Source: a bacterium
GTDB taxonomy: Bacteria > RBG-13-61-14 > DATKZS01
Direction of reading: 5' to 3'
DNA length: 64,000 nucleotides
NCBI GenBank assembly: GCA_963674965.2
Contig: CAXXFL010000007.1
Span: forward strand, 96,001-160,000
Shown here: one piece after another, positions 46,507-56,218 of the stretch
Numbering within the stretch: position 1 is the first letter of the stretch
How the letters are laid out: each line of letters opens with the position of its first letter
The notes under the pieces: generated by a model
Told to the model about the DNA's origin: nothing
The model's input: only the letters and a program-made list of their open reading frames with translations
The model's database searches: none
Position numbers and translations under genes: made by a program

Positions 46507-48159
46507 GTGTATCCCGAGACCGACCAGGAGATAAAAAGAACCAACGTCAGGCTGGCCGTTGGTTATGGCGCTATTATGGTAATGGCCTACGTGGCGGCTT
46601 ACGGCCTTATCTATAAATACTGGTCAATCCCGAAGATGTTGGAGTTAAAAAAGAGCGTGGAAATTGCCATGCCCTTGGCCATAGTTGGGGCGATAGACAA
46701 TCTTTATTACGTTGAAAAATATGAGAAACCCATCGATACCTCCAACCTTCCTCCCCCGTGGAATAATGCCATGGCCTCTGAGTCGTTCACAAGAATTTTA
46801 TACAAGACAGAAAACGGATGGGGAGAGGGCCCCTTGATCGATTTTTCCCAGGAGTTTGCTCCCTTCGGCAACGGGCTTTTGGCCTTTTCCTTTAACAAGA
46901 TATTTTGGATAGAACGGGACAAGGTGTTAGGAGAGTATCCGTTTACGGGGACGCCGCGTTTCAAAGTGGCCGGCCACAAGGGCGGCGTGGCCGTCTTGAC
47001 CATGCCGAGCGATTCGGACTTCATAAATATCCGCCATCTGGATTCCCGGTTGGAGGAAAAATGGTCGTTTGAGCTGGAAGTTTCCGAAGAGGGCGGGGGC
47101 AAGAAGTACGGGGTTGGGGATTCCTTTTTCATCTCTTCAAACGGCAAAGACCTCTACCTTATATCATGCAAATACGGCGCTCTTACTTGCTGGAAAATAG
47201 ACGTGGAGAATGAATCTTTGGGCCCCGCCAAGTCGATGGATCTCAATACGATATTCGATTATCATTCCAACATCGCGGACGAGACCATTATCTCTTACCG
47301 AGTCGAGGAGTCGGGGTCTTCAGAGGTCGTCTACAGGATATTGGAAATGAAGGAAAACGGAGAATGGGCGGACCTTACTCCCTGGAGGACAGGGAAAGAT
47401 GGACGGTGGATGGATTTTCGAGGCCTGATGATAACCAGGTACAAAGAACGCCTGCAGTATTTATATCGGGGCGCGAACGCGTCTTCCGGCTGGATGGAGT
47501 TGGCGGACGGAAAATGGCGGGATAGAAGGGACTATATCCCGGAAAGTTTCGGAAATCCTTTCAGCCGAGTACTCCCGATCTTAAACGTTTCCATGCTGAT
47601 TAGCGACGTGGTCTTTTTCCTGATACCGGCAATTACTGTGCTGGCGGCGCATTTTCATTTCAGGTCCCGGAAAAATCCTCGAATAGAGATTGGGGAAGGC
47701 GAGGACGAGATGGCTTCCCTGGGAAGGCGATCCATCGCGTATGGCATTGACTTTGCCGTGATCGAACTCCCTTTTTCTTTTTGTATTTGGCGCTATTTGA
47801 TAAAGTCTCAGGAGCCGGTATTCCTCGGGGACATGGGCTCATTTATTAACGTCTTGTTCACCCTGAGCGCGGCGATCTTGCTTTTTTATTATATATTTCT
47901 GCCCGTATATTTCTTCGTCACCGAGGCAATATGGGGCAGGAGCCTCGGCAAGACGCTTATGGGGATAAGGGTGGTCATGGCCGACGGCTCGAGTGTCACG
48001 GTCAAGGCCGCCTTTATCAGAAACCTGTGCCGCCTGGCCGACCTCCTTACCTGTCACGTGGCCACTATCGTTTCCGCGGCGGCGACTCGAAAGTACCAGC
48101 GGATAGGGGACCTGGCCGGAAAAACCATGGTCGTTCGCCAAGGGGGGCGGGAGGAGTGA
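46507..48159 (+). CDS. RDD-family membrane protein 3 (no Pro-rich tail)
   Basis: GTG start after GAGGAGG gives (M)YPETDQEIK, matching its paralogues. Confidence 0.85.
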   Translation: MYPETDQEIKRTNVRLAVGYGAIMVMAYVAAYGLIYKYWSIPKMLELKKSVEIAMPLAIVGAIDNLYYVEKYEKPIDTSNLPPPWNNAMASESFTRILYKTENGWGEGPLIDFSQEFAPFGNGLLAFSFNKIFWIERDKVLGEYPFTGTPRFKVAGHKGGVAVLTMPSDSDFINIRHLDSRLEEKWSFELEVSEEGGGKKYGVGDSFFISSNGKDLYLISCKYGALTCWKIDVENESLGPAKSMDLNTIFDYHSNIADETIISYRVEESGSSEVVYRILEMKENGEWADLTPWRTGKDGRWMDFRGLMITRYKERLQYLYRGANASSGWMELADGKWRDRRDYIPESFGNPFSRVLPILNVSMLISDVVFFLIPAITVLAAHFHFRSRKNPRIEIGEGEDEMASLGRRSIAYGIDFAVIELPFSFCIWRYLIKSQEPVFLGDMGSFINVLFTLSAAILLFYYIFLPVYFFVTEAIWGRSLGKTLMGIRVVMADGSSVTVKAAFIRNLCRLADLLTCHVATIVSAAATRKYQRIGDLAGKTMVVRQGGREE

Positions 48160-48186
48160 CGCGAACGGGCTTCCCTTTGATTTTCT

Positions 48187-48315
48187 TGATATAATGCACG
48201 CGTGAAAGGAGATGGTAATGAACAAAGCGAGGTTTATGGCGTGTTGCGCCGCTTTGGCGGCCTTGTTTATATCCGGAAGCGCGTGGGCAAAGAAGCCTCT
48301 CAAGACTTTCTCGCC
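48187..48315 (+). pseudogene. Promoter, RBS and signal-peptide gene stub cut by repeat copy C
   Basis: TGaTATAAT (48187-48195), AAGGAG, MNKARFMACCAALAALFISGSAWA-KKP, then the repeat. Confidence 0.6.
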
Positions 48316-48446
48316 CGCGGGTGGCGCGGATAGCTCGACTATCCGCGCGGCGAAGCCGTTGGATATTTATGTGCGCGCCCGGAGGACCGTCGCCCCCTTT
48401 CCCGCGCCTTCGGCTCCCCGATAGGCGAGCTATCGGGGCCACCCGC
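48316..48446 (-). repeat. ~130-bp REPIN/MITE-like element, copy C (inverted, more diverged)
   Basis: Its reverse complement aligns with copies A and B; terminal IR GCGGGTGGC/GCCACCCGC. Confidence 0.88.
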
Positions 48447-48491
48447 AAAGGCAGGCCCGACTGGCGCCAACCCCGCGTCTCGGGGCCGCGG

Positions 48492-50300
48492 TCAGTCCTG
48501 GAAGTATTCCTCCTTCATCTCGAGAGTGAGACCATCCGAGTTCTGGAGGCGGGCGAAAAGTCCCCTGGTCTTGGGCAGCTCGTACTCGAAGAAAAAACGG
48601 GCGGTCATGATCTTGCCGGTATAAAAGTTCACGTCCGCCTCGGAGGTTTTCGAGGCGAGGGCCTTTTTGGCGGCCAGGGCCTGGAGCAGCCACTGCCAGG
48701 CGATGACGACTACGCCGAAGGCCTCGAGGTAGAGGGTGGCGTCGGCCAGGAACAGGTCGATCTCTCCCTTGATGGCCAGGTCGGTAAGGCTTTTCGTGGT
48801 CAACCCCAGCTTGCCCAGGGCCTTCTCGAGGGACTCGGCCAGGGCCTTGAATTCATCCACTCCCTTGGCCTCCTCGATGGTCTTATTCGTCTCGGCCATG
48901 AAGGTCATGAAGGCCTTGCCGTTTTTCATGACCACCTTGCGGCCGAGCAGGTCCATGCCCTGGATGCCGGTGGTCCCCTCATGGATGGGATGGATGCGGG
49001 TGTCCCGGTAATGCTGCTCGAGGGGAAACTCGTCGCAGAAGCCGTATCCGCCCAGGCATTGAAGACCGGCGCTGACGGAAAGGACCCCCATTTCGGAGGG
49101 ATAGGTCTTGACGGCCGGAGTGAGTATTTCCAGGAGAAGCTCGGATTTTTCCTTTTCCTCCTCGTCCTCGCTGACGTGGGCCACGTCGCTCAGCTTGGCG
49201 CAATAGGCCGCAAGGGCGAGGGCCCCCTCGACGACGGCCCGCTGGAACATGAGCATCCTCTTCACGTCGGCGTGGTTGATGATGGGAATCTGCGGTTTCA
49301 GCGGGTCCTTTTCCATGATCCGTCTTCCCTGGGGCCTCTCCCTGGCGTACTCGAGGGACGCGTAATAAGCCGCGTTGGCGATGGCCGCGGCGCTCATGCC
49401 CACGTCGATCCTGGCCTCGTTCATAAGCTGGAACATGTACCTTATGCCCTTGTGCTCCTCCCCCACCAGCCAGGCCCGGCACTCGTCGTTTTCGCCGATG
49501 GCCAACTGGGTAAGGGGAGACCCCTTGTATCCCATTTTATGGTAGATGCCGGCGCAGGATATATCGTTGAAGACCAGATCTCCATTTTCTTCCGGCCGGT
49601 ACTTGGGCACGACGAAGAGGGATATGCCCTTGATGCCGGGAGGGGCGCCCTTGATCCTGGCTATCATGAGATTGACGATATTCTCCACTCCATTATGGTC
49701 GGCGCAGGAGATGAATATCTTCTGCCCCTTCATAAGGTAATAGCCCTTGTCCGTGGGATGGGCCGTAGTGGTCAGGTCGGTAAGCGAGCTTCCGGCCTGG
49801 GGCTCGGTCAGTGCCATGGTGCCCTGCCACTCGCCGGAGATCATTTTGGGAAGGTATCTATCCTGCAGCTCTTTCGAGGCGAAAGATAAAAGAAGGTGAG
49901 CGGCCCCCGCGGTCAGGAAGGGGAACACGCTGGCCGAGTAATTGGCCGCGCTGAAGACGTAGCGGAACATGCTCATGATGGTGTTGGGCATCTGCTGGCC
50001 GCCCATGTCGTAGGGGAAATGGGCCCCGATCCATCCGCCCTCCCCGCAGGCTTTCATGATCCCCCTTACGGAGGGATGGACCCTGACCTCGCCGTCCACC
50101 AGTTCGGGCGGCTCCCGGTCCATCTCGGCGAAGACGGGCCAGAGCATTTCCTTGCCCATGCGAATTCCGGTCTCGAGGACCATGTCGAAGACCTCGCGGT
50201 CGTGGTCCTGGAAATAGGGATACCTGGTAAGGGACTCGGCGTCCAATACCTCATACAACAGAAACTTGAGGTTTCTCTCGCTGACGAATTTCTCGGCCAT
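48492..50300 (-). CDS. Acyl-CoA dehydrogenase
   Basis: TMALTEPQAGS, GQKIFIS, KGISLF, MFQLMNEAR, LGGYG and IHEGTTGIQ. Confidence 0.95.
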   Translation of the reverse strand: MAEKFVSERNLKFLLYEVLDAESLTRYPYFQDHDREVFDMVLETGIRMGKEMLWPVFAEMDREPPELVDGEVRVHPSVRGIMKACGEGGWIGAHFPYDMGGQQMPNTIMSMFRYVFSAANYSASVFPFLTAGAAHLLLSFASKELQDRYLPKMISGEWQGTMALTEPQAGSSLTDLTTTAHPTDKGYYLMKGQKIFISCADHNGVENIVNLMIARIKGAPPGIKGISLFVVPKYRPEENGDLVFNDISCAGIYHKMGYKGSPLTQLAIGENDECRAWLVGEEHKGIRYMFQLMNEARIDVGMSAAAIANAAYYASLEYARERPQGRRIMEKDPLKPQIPIINHADVKRMLMFQRAVVEGALALAAYCAKLSDVAHVSEDEEEKEKSELLLEILTPAVKTYPSEMGVLSVSAGLQCLGGYGFCDEFPLEQHYRDTRIHPIHEGTTGIQGMDLLGRKVVMKNGKAFMTFMAETNKTIEEAKGVDEFKALAESLEKALGKLGLTTKSLTDLAIKGEIDLFLADATLYLEAFGVVVIAWQWLLQALAAKKALASKTSEADVNFYTGKIMTARFFFEYELPKTRGLFARLQNSDGLTLEMKEEYFQD

Positions 50301-50455
50301 TTTATTTGTCCTCCTGACGATTTGTTCCGACCAGCAGATTATAACAGCGCCTTCACTGAAATTTCCAAATTGCCGGGCCTCGATTCTCTCGCTCCATGGC
50401 TTTTGACTTGGACGCGCGTCGCCGGGCAAATCCTTTTTACTTCCAAAAGCCGTGT

Positions 50456-50484
50456 TTGACTTGCCCTTGGGCCGGTGTTAAATT
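50456..50484 (+). promoter_or_regulatory. sigma70-type promoter upstream of fadH
   Basis: TTGACT, 17-bp spacer, TAAATT with an extended -10 TG. Confidence 0.55.
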
Positions 50485-50649
50485 GCTTGATGATTCCCGG
50501 CGGTAAGAACGGCAACGGCCCCGATGACCGCTCTTTGCGTTTTACGGCCAGCCAGGCGCCGTCGCCGAGCGGGGAGCCAGCCGATCGGACCCGCTTATTT
50601 TTCCGCCGGGACGGTTTATAATTCACCAGGTCCGGAAAGGAAGCGTACC

Positions 50650-52650
50650 ATGTGGAGAAGACTATTTACCCCTATAAATATCAACAAATTGGAATTGCGG
50701 AACAGGATTTCCATGCCCGCCTTCGGTCTTTTGTATTGCGAGAACCGCCGTCCCAACGAGCGACTGGCCAACTTTTACGAGGCCCGGGCCAAGGGCGGCT
50801 GCGGCCTTGTTATCATCGGCGGCGTGGGCATCTCGATGGAAGGCTCGGGCGTGGTCCTTCCCACCATCGAGAGCGACGACTATATACCCGATTGGCAAAT
50901 GGTTTCAGATGCCATCCACAAGCACGACGGCCGCGTGTTCCTGCAGCTTTTCCATTCCGGCCGCTACATGCATTCTTTCCTGGCGGGCGGCAAGCAGGCG
51001 GTTGCCCCCTCGGCGGTTCCGTCCCGCTACACCAGGGAGACCCCTCGCGCCCTCGAGAAAGAGGAGATACTGGCCATCCAGGACAACTACGCCGCGGCGG
51101 CCGTGAGGTCCAGGGAGGCGGGAATCGACGGGGTCGAGATAATCGCCAGCGCCGGCTACCTTATTTGCCAGTTTCTCTCCCCCCTTACGAACCTCCGGGA
51201 GGACGAGTACGGCGGGAGCTTCGAGAACCGGACGCGCTTCGGACGCGAGGTCCTGGCCAAGGTCAGGGAGGCCGTGGGACCGGATTACCCCATGACCATG
51301 AGGATTTCGGGCAACGACTTCATGCCGGGAAGCTCGACGGGCGAGGATATCGTGAATTACTGCAAAGCCTTCGAGGAAGCGGGGGCCGACGGGTTTAACG
51401 TGACCGGAGGATGGCACGAGACCAAGGTGCCCCAGCTTCCAGCGTGCGTGCCGAGGGGGGCATACACCTACCTGGCCGCCAGGATTCGGGCCAACGTGAA
51501 CGTGCCGGTTTTCGCCTCGAACAGGATAGTCGAGCCGGAACAGGCCGAGACCATATTGAGGGATGAACTGGCCGACCTGGTCAACGTGGGCCGGGCCCAG
51601 ATAGCGGACCCCGAGTGGGCCAACAAGGCCAGGGAAGGCAAGATAAAGGAGATCAGGCCCTGCGTGGACTGCCTGCAGGGATGCATGGACAGGCTTTTCT
51701 CAGGAAAACCCGTCGAGTGCCTTTGCAACCCCCAGGCCGGATACGAGGCGGAAAGAAAGGTCTCGCGCGTTCGGAAGCCCAAGACGGTGGTTATCATCGG
51801 CGCCGGTCCCGCCGGTCTCGAGACGGCCGTTACCGCGGCCAAGCGCGGCCATCACGTGACCATATTCGACGAGGCCGACCACATAGGCGGCCAGCTTCCC
51901 CTGGTGGCGGCCCCTCCCGGCAGGGAGGAGTTCAGGCGGTTGCTCGAGTACTACGAGCATCAGACTCAAGGCCACGGCATATCTCTCAAGCTGGGCAAGA
52001 AGGTCACCATGCAGGCCATAAGGAAAACCAGGCCCAACGCGATTATCCTGGCCACGGGCTCGAAGCAGCTCATCCCGAAAATTCCCGGCATCGACCGTCC
52101 CGAGGTGGTCACGGCCTGGGACGCGCTCCTGGACAAGGTCGACCTGGGCAAGAAGGTCGCGGTGCTTGGGGGCGGGGCCGTGGGTATCGAGACGGCCATA
52201 TCCATCGCCGACCGGGGAACGGTGGACGGCGAGACTTTGAAGTTCCTCCTCAAACATGAGGCCGAGTCACCCGAGACCCTCAGGAAACTGGCCGTGAACG
52301 GCGTTCGTCAGGTTTGGCTGCTGGAGATGCTGCCCAAGATCGGCAAGGATATAGGCATGACTAACCGCTGGGTTTTCCTGAAAGAACTGGACATGCTCGG
52401 CGTCAATGTCCTCACCTCGGCCAAGGTCATCGAAATTGGAGACCAAGGCGTCAAATACGAAAAGGACGGAGAACCGGATACCCTGAAAGTTGACACGGTG
52501 GTGCTGGCCCTCGGCGCCGAGCCCAACCTCGAAATCGAGGACGAACTGAAAAAAGCCGGTTTCGAGTACGAGAAAATAGGCGACGTCAGGCAGCCGCGAA
52601 AGATTATCGACGCCGTGCACGAGGGGTTCCTGGCGGCCATGGAAATCTGA
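50650..52650 (+). CDS. fadH: 2,4-dienoyl-CoA reductase-like NADH:flavin oxidoreductase
   Basis: TIM-barrel motifs (RAKGG.GL, QLFHSGR, GYLICQFLSP, GWHE), CVDCLQGC..C cluster and two Rossmann motifs. Confidence 0.85.
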   Translation: MWRRLFTPININKLELRNRISMPAFGLLYCENRRPNERLANFYEARAKGGCGLVIIGGVGISMEGSGVVLPTIESDDYIPDWQMVSDAIHKHDGRVFLQLFHSGRYMHSFLAGGKQAVAPSAVPSRYTRETPRALEKEEILAIQDNYAAAAVRSREAGIDGVEIIASAGYLICQFLSPLTNLREDEYGGSFENRTRFGREVLAKVREAVGPDYPMTMRISGNDFMPGSSTGEDIVNYCKAFEEAGADGFNVTGGWHETKVPQLPACVPRGAYTYLAARIRANVNVPVFASNRIVEPEQAETILRDELADLVNVGRAQIADPEWANKAREGKIKEIRPCVDCLQGCMDRLFSGKPVECLCNPQAGYEAERKVSRVRKPKTVVIIGAGPAGLETAVTAAKRGHHVTIFDEADHIGGQLPLVAAPPGREEFRRLLEYYEHQTQGHGISLKLGKKVTMQAIRKTRPNAIILATGSKQLIPKIPGIDRPEVVTAWDALLDKVDLGKKVAVLGGGAVGIETAISIADRGTVDGETLKFLLKHEAESPETLRKLAVNGVRQVWLLEMLPKIGKDIGMTNRWVFLKELDMLGVNVLTSAKVIEIGDQGVKYEKDGEPDTLKVDTVVLALGAEPNLEIEDELKKAGFEYEKIGDVRQPRKIIDAVHEGFLAAMEI

Positions 52651-52670
52651 TCCTGTCTCGAGGATTCTTT

Positions 52671-53150
52671 TCAGGGAATGGCGAGAAGGTATTTCCTGCC
52701 GATTATCAAGGCCCCTCCCTCCTCGCGATTGCAAACGACGATGGCGTCCATCAGCCTCTTGATGGCGGGAAGGCCCGACCCCATTCCCCGCGGACGAAAA
52801 GACGGATCGTCGGGATCTATATACCTTCCCTCCGAGAAGCCGTCCTCCAGCCCGCGCTCGAGCTCGGCCATGCCAGGGCCGTCGTCAACCGCCTGGAACT
52901 CGATGCCGGGACTGTCCCCCTCCAGGCGTCCGAAACGTATTTCACCCCGACCGGCGAACTTGAGGATGTTGGTGGCGGCCTCCGAGACGGCGATGGCGAT
53001 GGCCCACTGGTCGCGGCGGCCGAAACCGAGAAGTGCCGCGTAGCTTCTGGCCTTGCTCTGGGCCAGGATCACGTCGCAGGCCCGGCTGATGGAGACGGAA
53101 AGCTCAATAGAGGATGGCCGCGCAGGTCGCGTCGTCATGGGACTTCCCAT
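52671..53150 (-). CDS. Second RsbT-like anti-sigma/serine kinase
   Basis: AVSEAATNI, DDGPG and GSGLPAIKRLMD; start uncertain. Confidence 0.8.
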   Translation of the reverse strand: MGSPMTTRPARPSSIELSVSISRACDVILAQSKARSYAALLGFGRRDQWAIAIAVSEAATNILKFAGRGEIRFGRLEGDSPGIEFQAVDDGPGMAELERGLEDGFSEGRYIDPDDPSFRPRGMGSGLPAIKRLMDAIVVCNREEGGALIIGRKYLLAIP

Positions 53151-53661
53151 ATTCCTTGACGAGATCGTTCGCCGTCCGTCTCGCGCTTTTATCTTTATAA
53201 AGGTCAGGGTCGAAGGAGTGTGAAATCCCGTCGGTGTACAATATTAAGAGGTCCCCCCTTGAAAGACCATGCACGCTTTCCTTTACTTTCCTGACTCTTC
53301 TGCCGACCACGCCCGGATAGTTGATGGGCCTTATGGGCTTCTTGCTGGCGCATTTCAACTCGACGTTGCCGACGCCGGCGTAAATCATTTGCCCTTCTTC
53401 ATCGATTTTCAGGATGGCCATGGCCACTCCCCGAGTATGGGCAATGGCCTTGTCGCACTCGGCGATCATCTGTGTCGGGTTGAGACCCGGGTTTTCCTCG
53501 ATCACGCGGCACGCGGCCCGTGAGGCCTTGGCCGCCTCGGGTCCGTGTCCCAGCCCGTCGGTAACGGCCACCACGGTGACGCCATTATCCTGGATTACGG
53601 CGTATCCGTCCCCACACTCGGTCTCGCCCGGCTTGGGCCTGCTCGCCACGTGTATGATCAC
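53104..53661 (-). CDS. rsbX: RsbX-like PP2C/SpoIIE phosphatase
   Basis: ECGD, DGLGHG, TRG, GVGN, YTDG and DDAT. Confidence 0.85.
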   Translation of the reverse strand: MIIHVASRPKPGETECGDGYAVIQDNGVTVVAVTDGLGHGPEAAKASRAACRVIEENPGLNPTQMIAECDKAIAHTRGVAMAILKIDEEGQMIYAGVGNVELKCASKKPIRPINYPGVVGRRVRKVKESVHGLSRGDLLILYTDGISHSFDPDLYKDKSARRTANDLVKEYGKSHDDATCAAILY

Positions 53662-54308
53662 AGCTCGAGAAATTTCCTTATGGTGATTTTGGTCCCCTGG
53701 CCCGGCTTGGTCTCGACGCCGAATTCGTCCATCAGCCGTTTGCAGCCGAGCAGGCCCAGGCCGAGGCCGGTCTTGGACCTGTACTGGCCGGCCATGATTT
53801 TATCGAGGTCCCTTATGCCCGGCCCGCGGTCGGAGGCCACGATCCTTATGGCCCGGGTCCCGACCGCGTCCATGGTGGATATCCTGATCTCGCCGCTTCC
53901 GGCGTATCTGACGATGTTCCTTGACAGCTCGGAGACGGCCGTGGCTATCTTGACCTGGTCCGCCTTCGAGAACCCGACCGACTCTCCTATCGCCTTGGCG
54001 TGGTTCCTCGCCACAACGATGTCGTTCTCGTGCCTGATCTCGACCATGACGGCCACGTCGTCCTGGGGCATGGCTTTTTTACCCGAAAGGGTAAGCAGCC
54101 TTTCCTTGCACATGATGCAGTTGTCCGGCTCGTCCACGAACAGGTCTATACCCTTTAAAAGGGTCGAGATCATGTTCGAGGTCAACTCATTCCCGAGCTC
54201 GCTTTCCGTGATGTTGTTCTTCCGCAAGGCGTAGTGCAGGATGCCCCGGGCCATGGTCTCCGGCATATACCGTGACATCTGGCCCACTATTTCCGATCCC
54301 ACGTTCAT
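53658..54308 (-). CDS. rsbT: RsbT kinase with an ~80-aa N-terminal extension
   Basis: DIVVAR, ATAVSELSRNI, DRGPGI and GLGLGL..RLMDEF. Confidence 0.9.
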   Translation of the reverse strand: MNVGSEIVGQMSRYMPETMARGILHYALRKNNITESELGNELTSNMISTLLKGIDLFVDEPDNCIMCKERLLTLSGKKAMPQDDVAVMVEIRHENDIVVARNHAKAIGESVGFSKADQVKIATAVSELSRNIVRYAGSGEIRISTMDAVGTRAIRIVASDRGPGIRDLDKIMAGQYRSKTGLGLGLLGCKRLMDEFGVETKPGQGTKITIRKFLEL

Positions 54309-54321
54309 GTCCGCTCCTTGG

Positions 54322-54732
54322 TTAATGGCTTAACCCAAGAAGGAAATCCTCGTCCATCTCGAGGCCCGCGATCTCCGATTCCCCGGCGGCCAGCGACTCG
54401 ATGGCGCTCTCGAGGTTCAGGGCCGTCTCGAGGCCCTCGAGGGTCATGCCCATCTCGACCAGGGAATGGGCCATGGTGGGGTCCAGTCCCGCTATTACCG
54501 TCTTCGTGCCCATGAGCCTGGCGATGCTGGAAATGTCCCCGATCGACCTGGCGATGTAGCTGTCGAGGACGTCGATTCCGGAAAGCTCGATAATAAGCCC
54601 CCTGGCGTTGGTGGCCTGGATTTCAGAGGTTAGCTCCTCTTTGAGCTCCGCCACCAGGCCGTCGCTCAGGTCCACCTGGATCGACACCAGAAGGTTATTG
54701 TAGAGCTTAATTATTGGTATAGTTCTGGCCAT
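54322..54732 (-). CDS. rsbS: RsbS STAS antagonist
   Basis: IPIIKL, LLVSIQ.DL.D, LDSY, ARLMG and LVEMG. Confidence 0.9.
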   Translation of the reverse strand: MARTIPIIKLYNNLLVSIQVDLSDGLVAELKEELTSEIQATNARGLIIELSGIDVLDSYIARSIGDISSIARLMGTKTVIAGLDPTMAHSLVEMGMTLEGLETALNLESAIESLAAGESEIAGLEMDEDFLLGLSH

Positions 54733-55567
54733 GTTTTCCCTCCAGGGAACGGCCGCGGACCCCTCGAAGGTGAGCGATGCAGTCAACCAGGCCCTCCTTG
54801 AGGTTCCTTAGCGTCTTGACCGCCGAAAGGTTGGCGCCTATGTCGACCAGCGTCTGGGCCACCGCCGGGTTTATTCCCGTGAGAACGCAGTAAGCGCCGA
54901 GCAGCCTCGAGGCCTGAACCACCTTGAGAAGGTAGTCGGCCGTCCTGGTGTCCACTATCTCCACGCCCGTGACGTCGAGGATGACGCAGCGGGACTGGGA
55001 CTCAACTATCTTGTCAAGGAGCGAGTTCATGATGTCCATGCTCCGCTTGGTGTCGACCACGCCCACGATGGGAAGAACGAGAACGTCGTCCCAAACCTCC
55101 ATGATGGGAGTCGAGAGCTCGCGGATGGCGTCCTGCTGGCTCGAGATGATCTCGAGCTTTTCACGTATTTCGTTCTCGGCCTTGACCATGTCGGTCACGT
55201 CGCGTCCCGTGCCGATGAACCCGAGAAAATTGCCCCCATCGTCCAAATTGGGACTGCCGTTGATCTCGATAATCAGTTCTTTTCCGTCCCTATTAAGGTG
55301 AGTGAACCTGAGGGTGTTAAAGGAAGTCTTGTTCATGCCGTGCTCGATAAGGAGCTTGGCCGCTCTTTCCTTGTCTTCCTCCACCAAGAAGTCGGTGGCG
55401 TTCATCCCGACAACTTCTTCCGGCTCGTAGCCGAGCATGTCCATGCACCGGGGACTCGTGTAGATCATGTTGCCTCTCTGGTCCGTCTCCCATACCCATT
55501 CGTTGATCGTCTTGAAGATTAACTCGTAACGCCTCTCCAGTGACTCGTGCAAATTGGAGCCTTCCAT
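54707..55567 (-). CDS. rsbR: RsbR stressosome sensor (PAS plus STAS)
   Basis: PAS/PAC domain followed by ELSTP, LPIVG.VDT, DVTGV..VDT and TGI.P.VAQTLV. Confidence 0.9.
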   Translation of the reverse strand: MEGSNLHESLERRYELIFKTINEWVWETDQRGNMIYTSPRCMDMLGYEPEEVVGMNATDFLVEEDKERAAKLLIEHGMNKTSFNTLRFTHLNRDGKELIIEINGSPNLDDGGNFLGFIGTGRDVTDMVKAENEIREKLEIISSQQDAIRELSTPIMEVWDDVLVLPIVGVVDTKRSMDIMNSLLDKIVESQSRCVILDVTGVEIVDTRTADYLLKVVQASRLLGAYCVLTGINPAVAQTLVDIGANLSAVKTLRNLKEGLVDCIAHLRGVRGRSLEGKHGQNYTNN

Positions 55568-56218
55568 CCGTTCCTCCTTGTTAAACTCTTTTGTAATTTC
55601 CAGGCTGGTGGATTAAGTTCCCGCGATAAAATACCTTTATCGACTGAAATGTTCCATGGAATCGGCCCGTTCGAGTCGCGGCGCTCTTTTAGCCGATCCT
55701 TATTGCCAACGACCGTATAAGGTTTTATCGTCTTATTGTCGATTCTTTGTTTCTTTGATATTCTCCTTTCAAGTCCCCTTGTGGTACGAATTTCTTATAA
55801 TCAATAAATATGCCAATAGTGACAACCCGGCTAAAGGAGCGGCAAACCCTCGGTTTACAAAGTAATATTTCGTCTTTAATCAAACATGTTTTGCAATTGA
55901 GAATCCTTTGTGACTTCCATTTTGGTAAGCACGGATGTTTCTGTAAACCATAGTTATATCGGACACTTATCATAAACATCCATATTATTGCGAGTGAAAA
56001 CGGGCAGGTGTGGTTCTCGATTATGATAAATTTATCTTTTATGCCGAGTGCCGGATTATGCCGAACCGTGCCTTGATCAAATGGACAATAGTGGTGTAAC
56101 TGGCGATTAATTAGCACATATGTGGCCAGGCTGTTTACCGATGAGGGATTGATTGTTCGGCATAATTCTGATGAGGTCTTCTCCAAACGTTTAACTCACA
56201 AAAAGGAGGAGACGGAAA

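Noticed and set aside
55725-56186. 153-aa minus-strand ORF sharing RHNPALGIK with the 59375 ORF
   Set aside because: The shared peptide is the RIT inverted repeat read from each end, and the ORF crosses the element boundary
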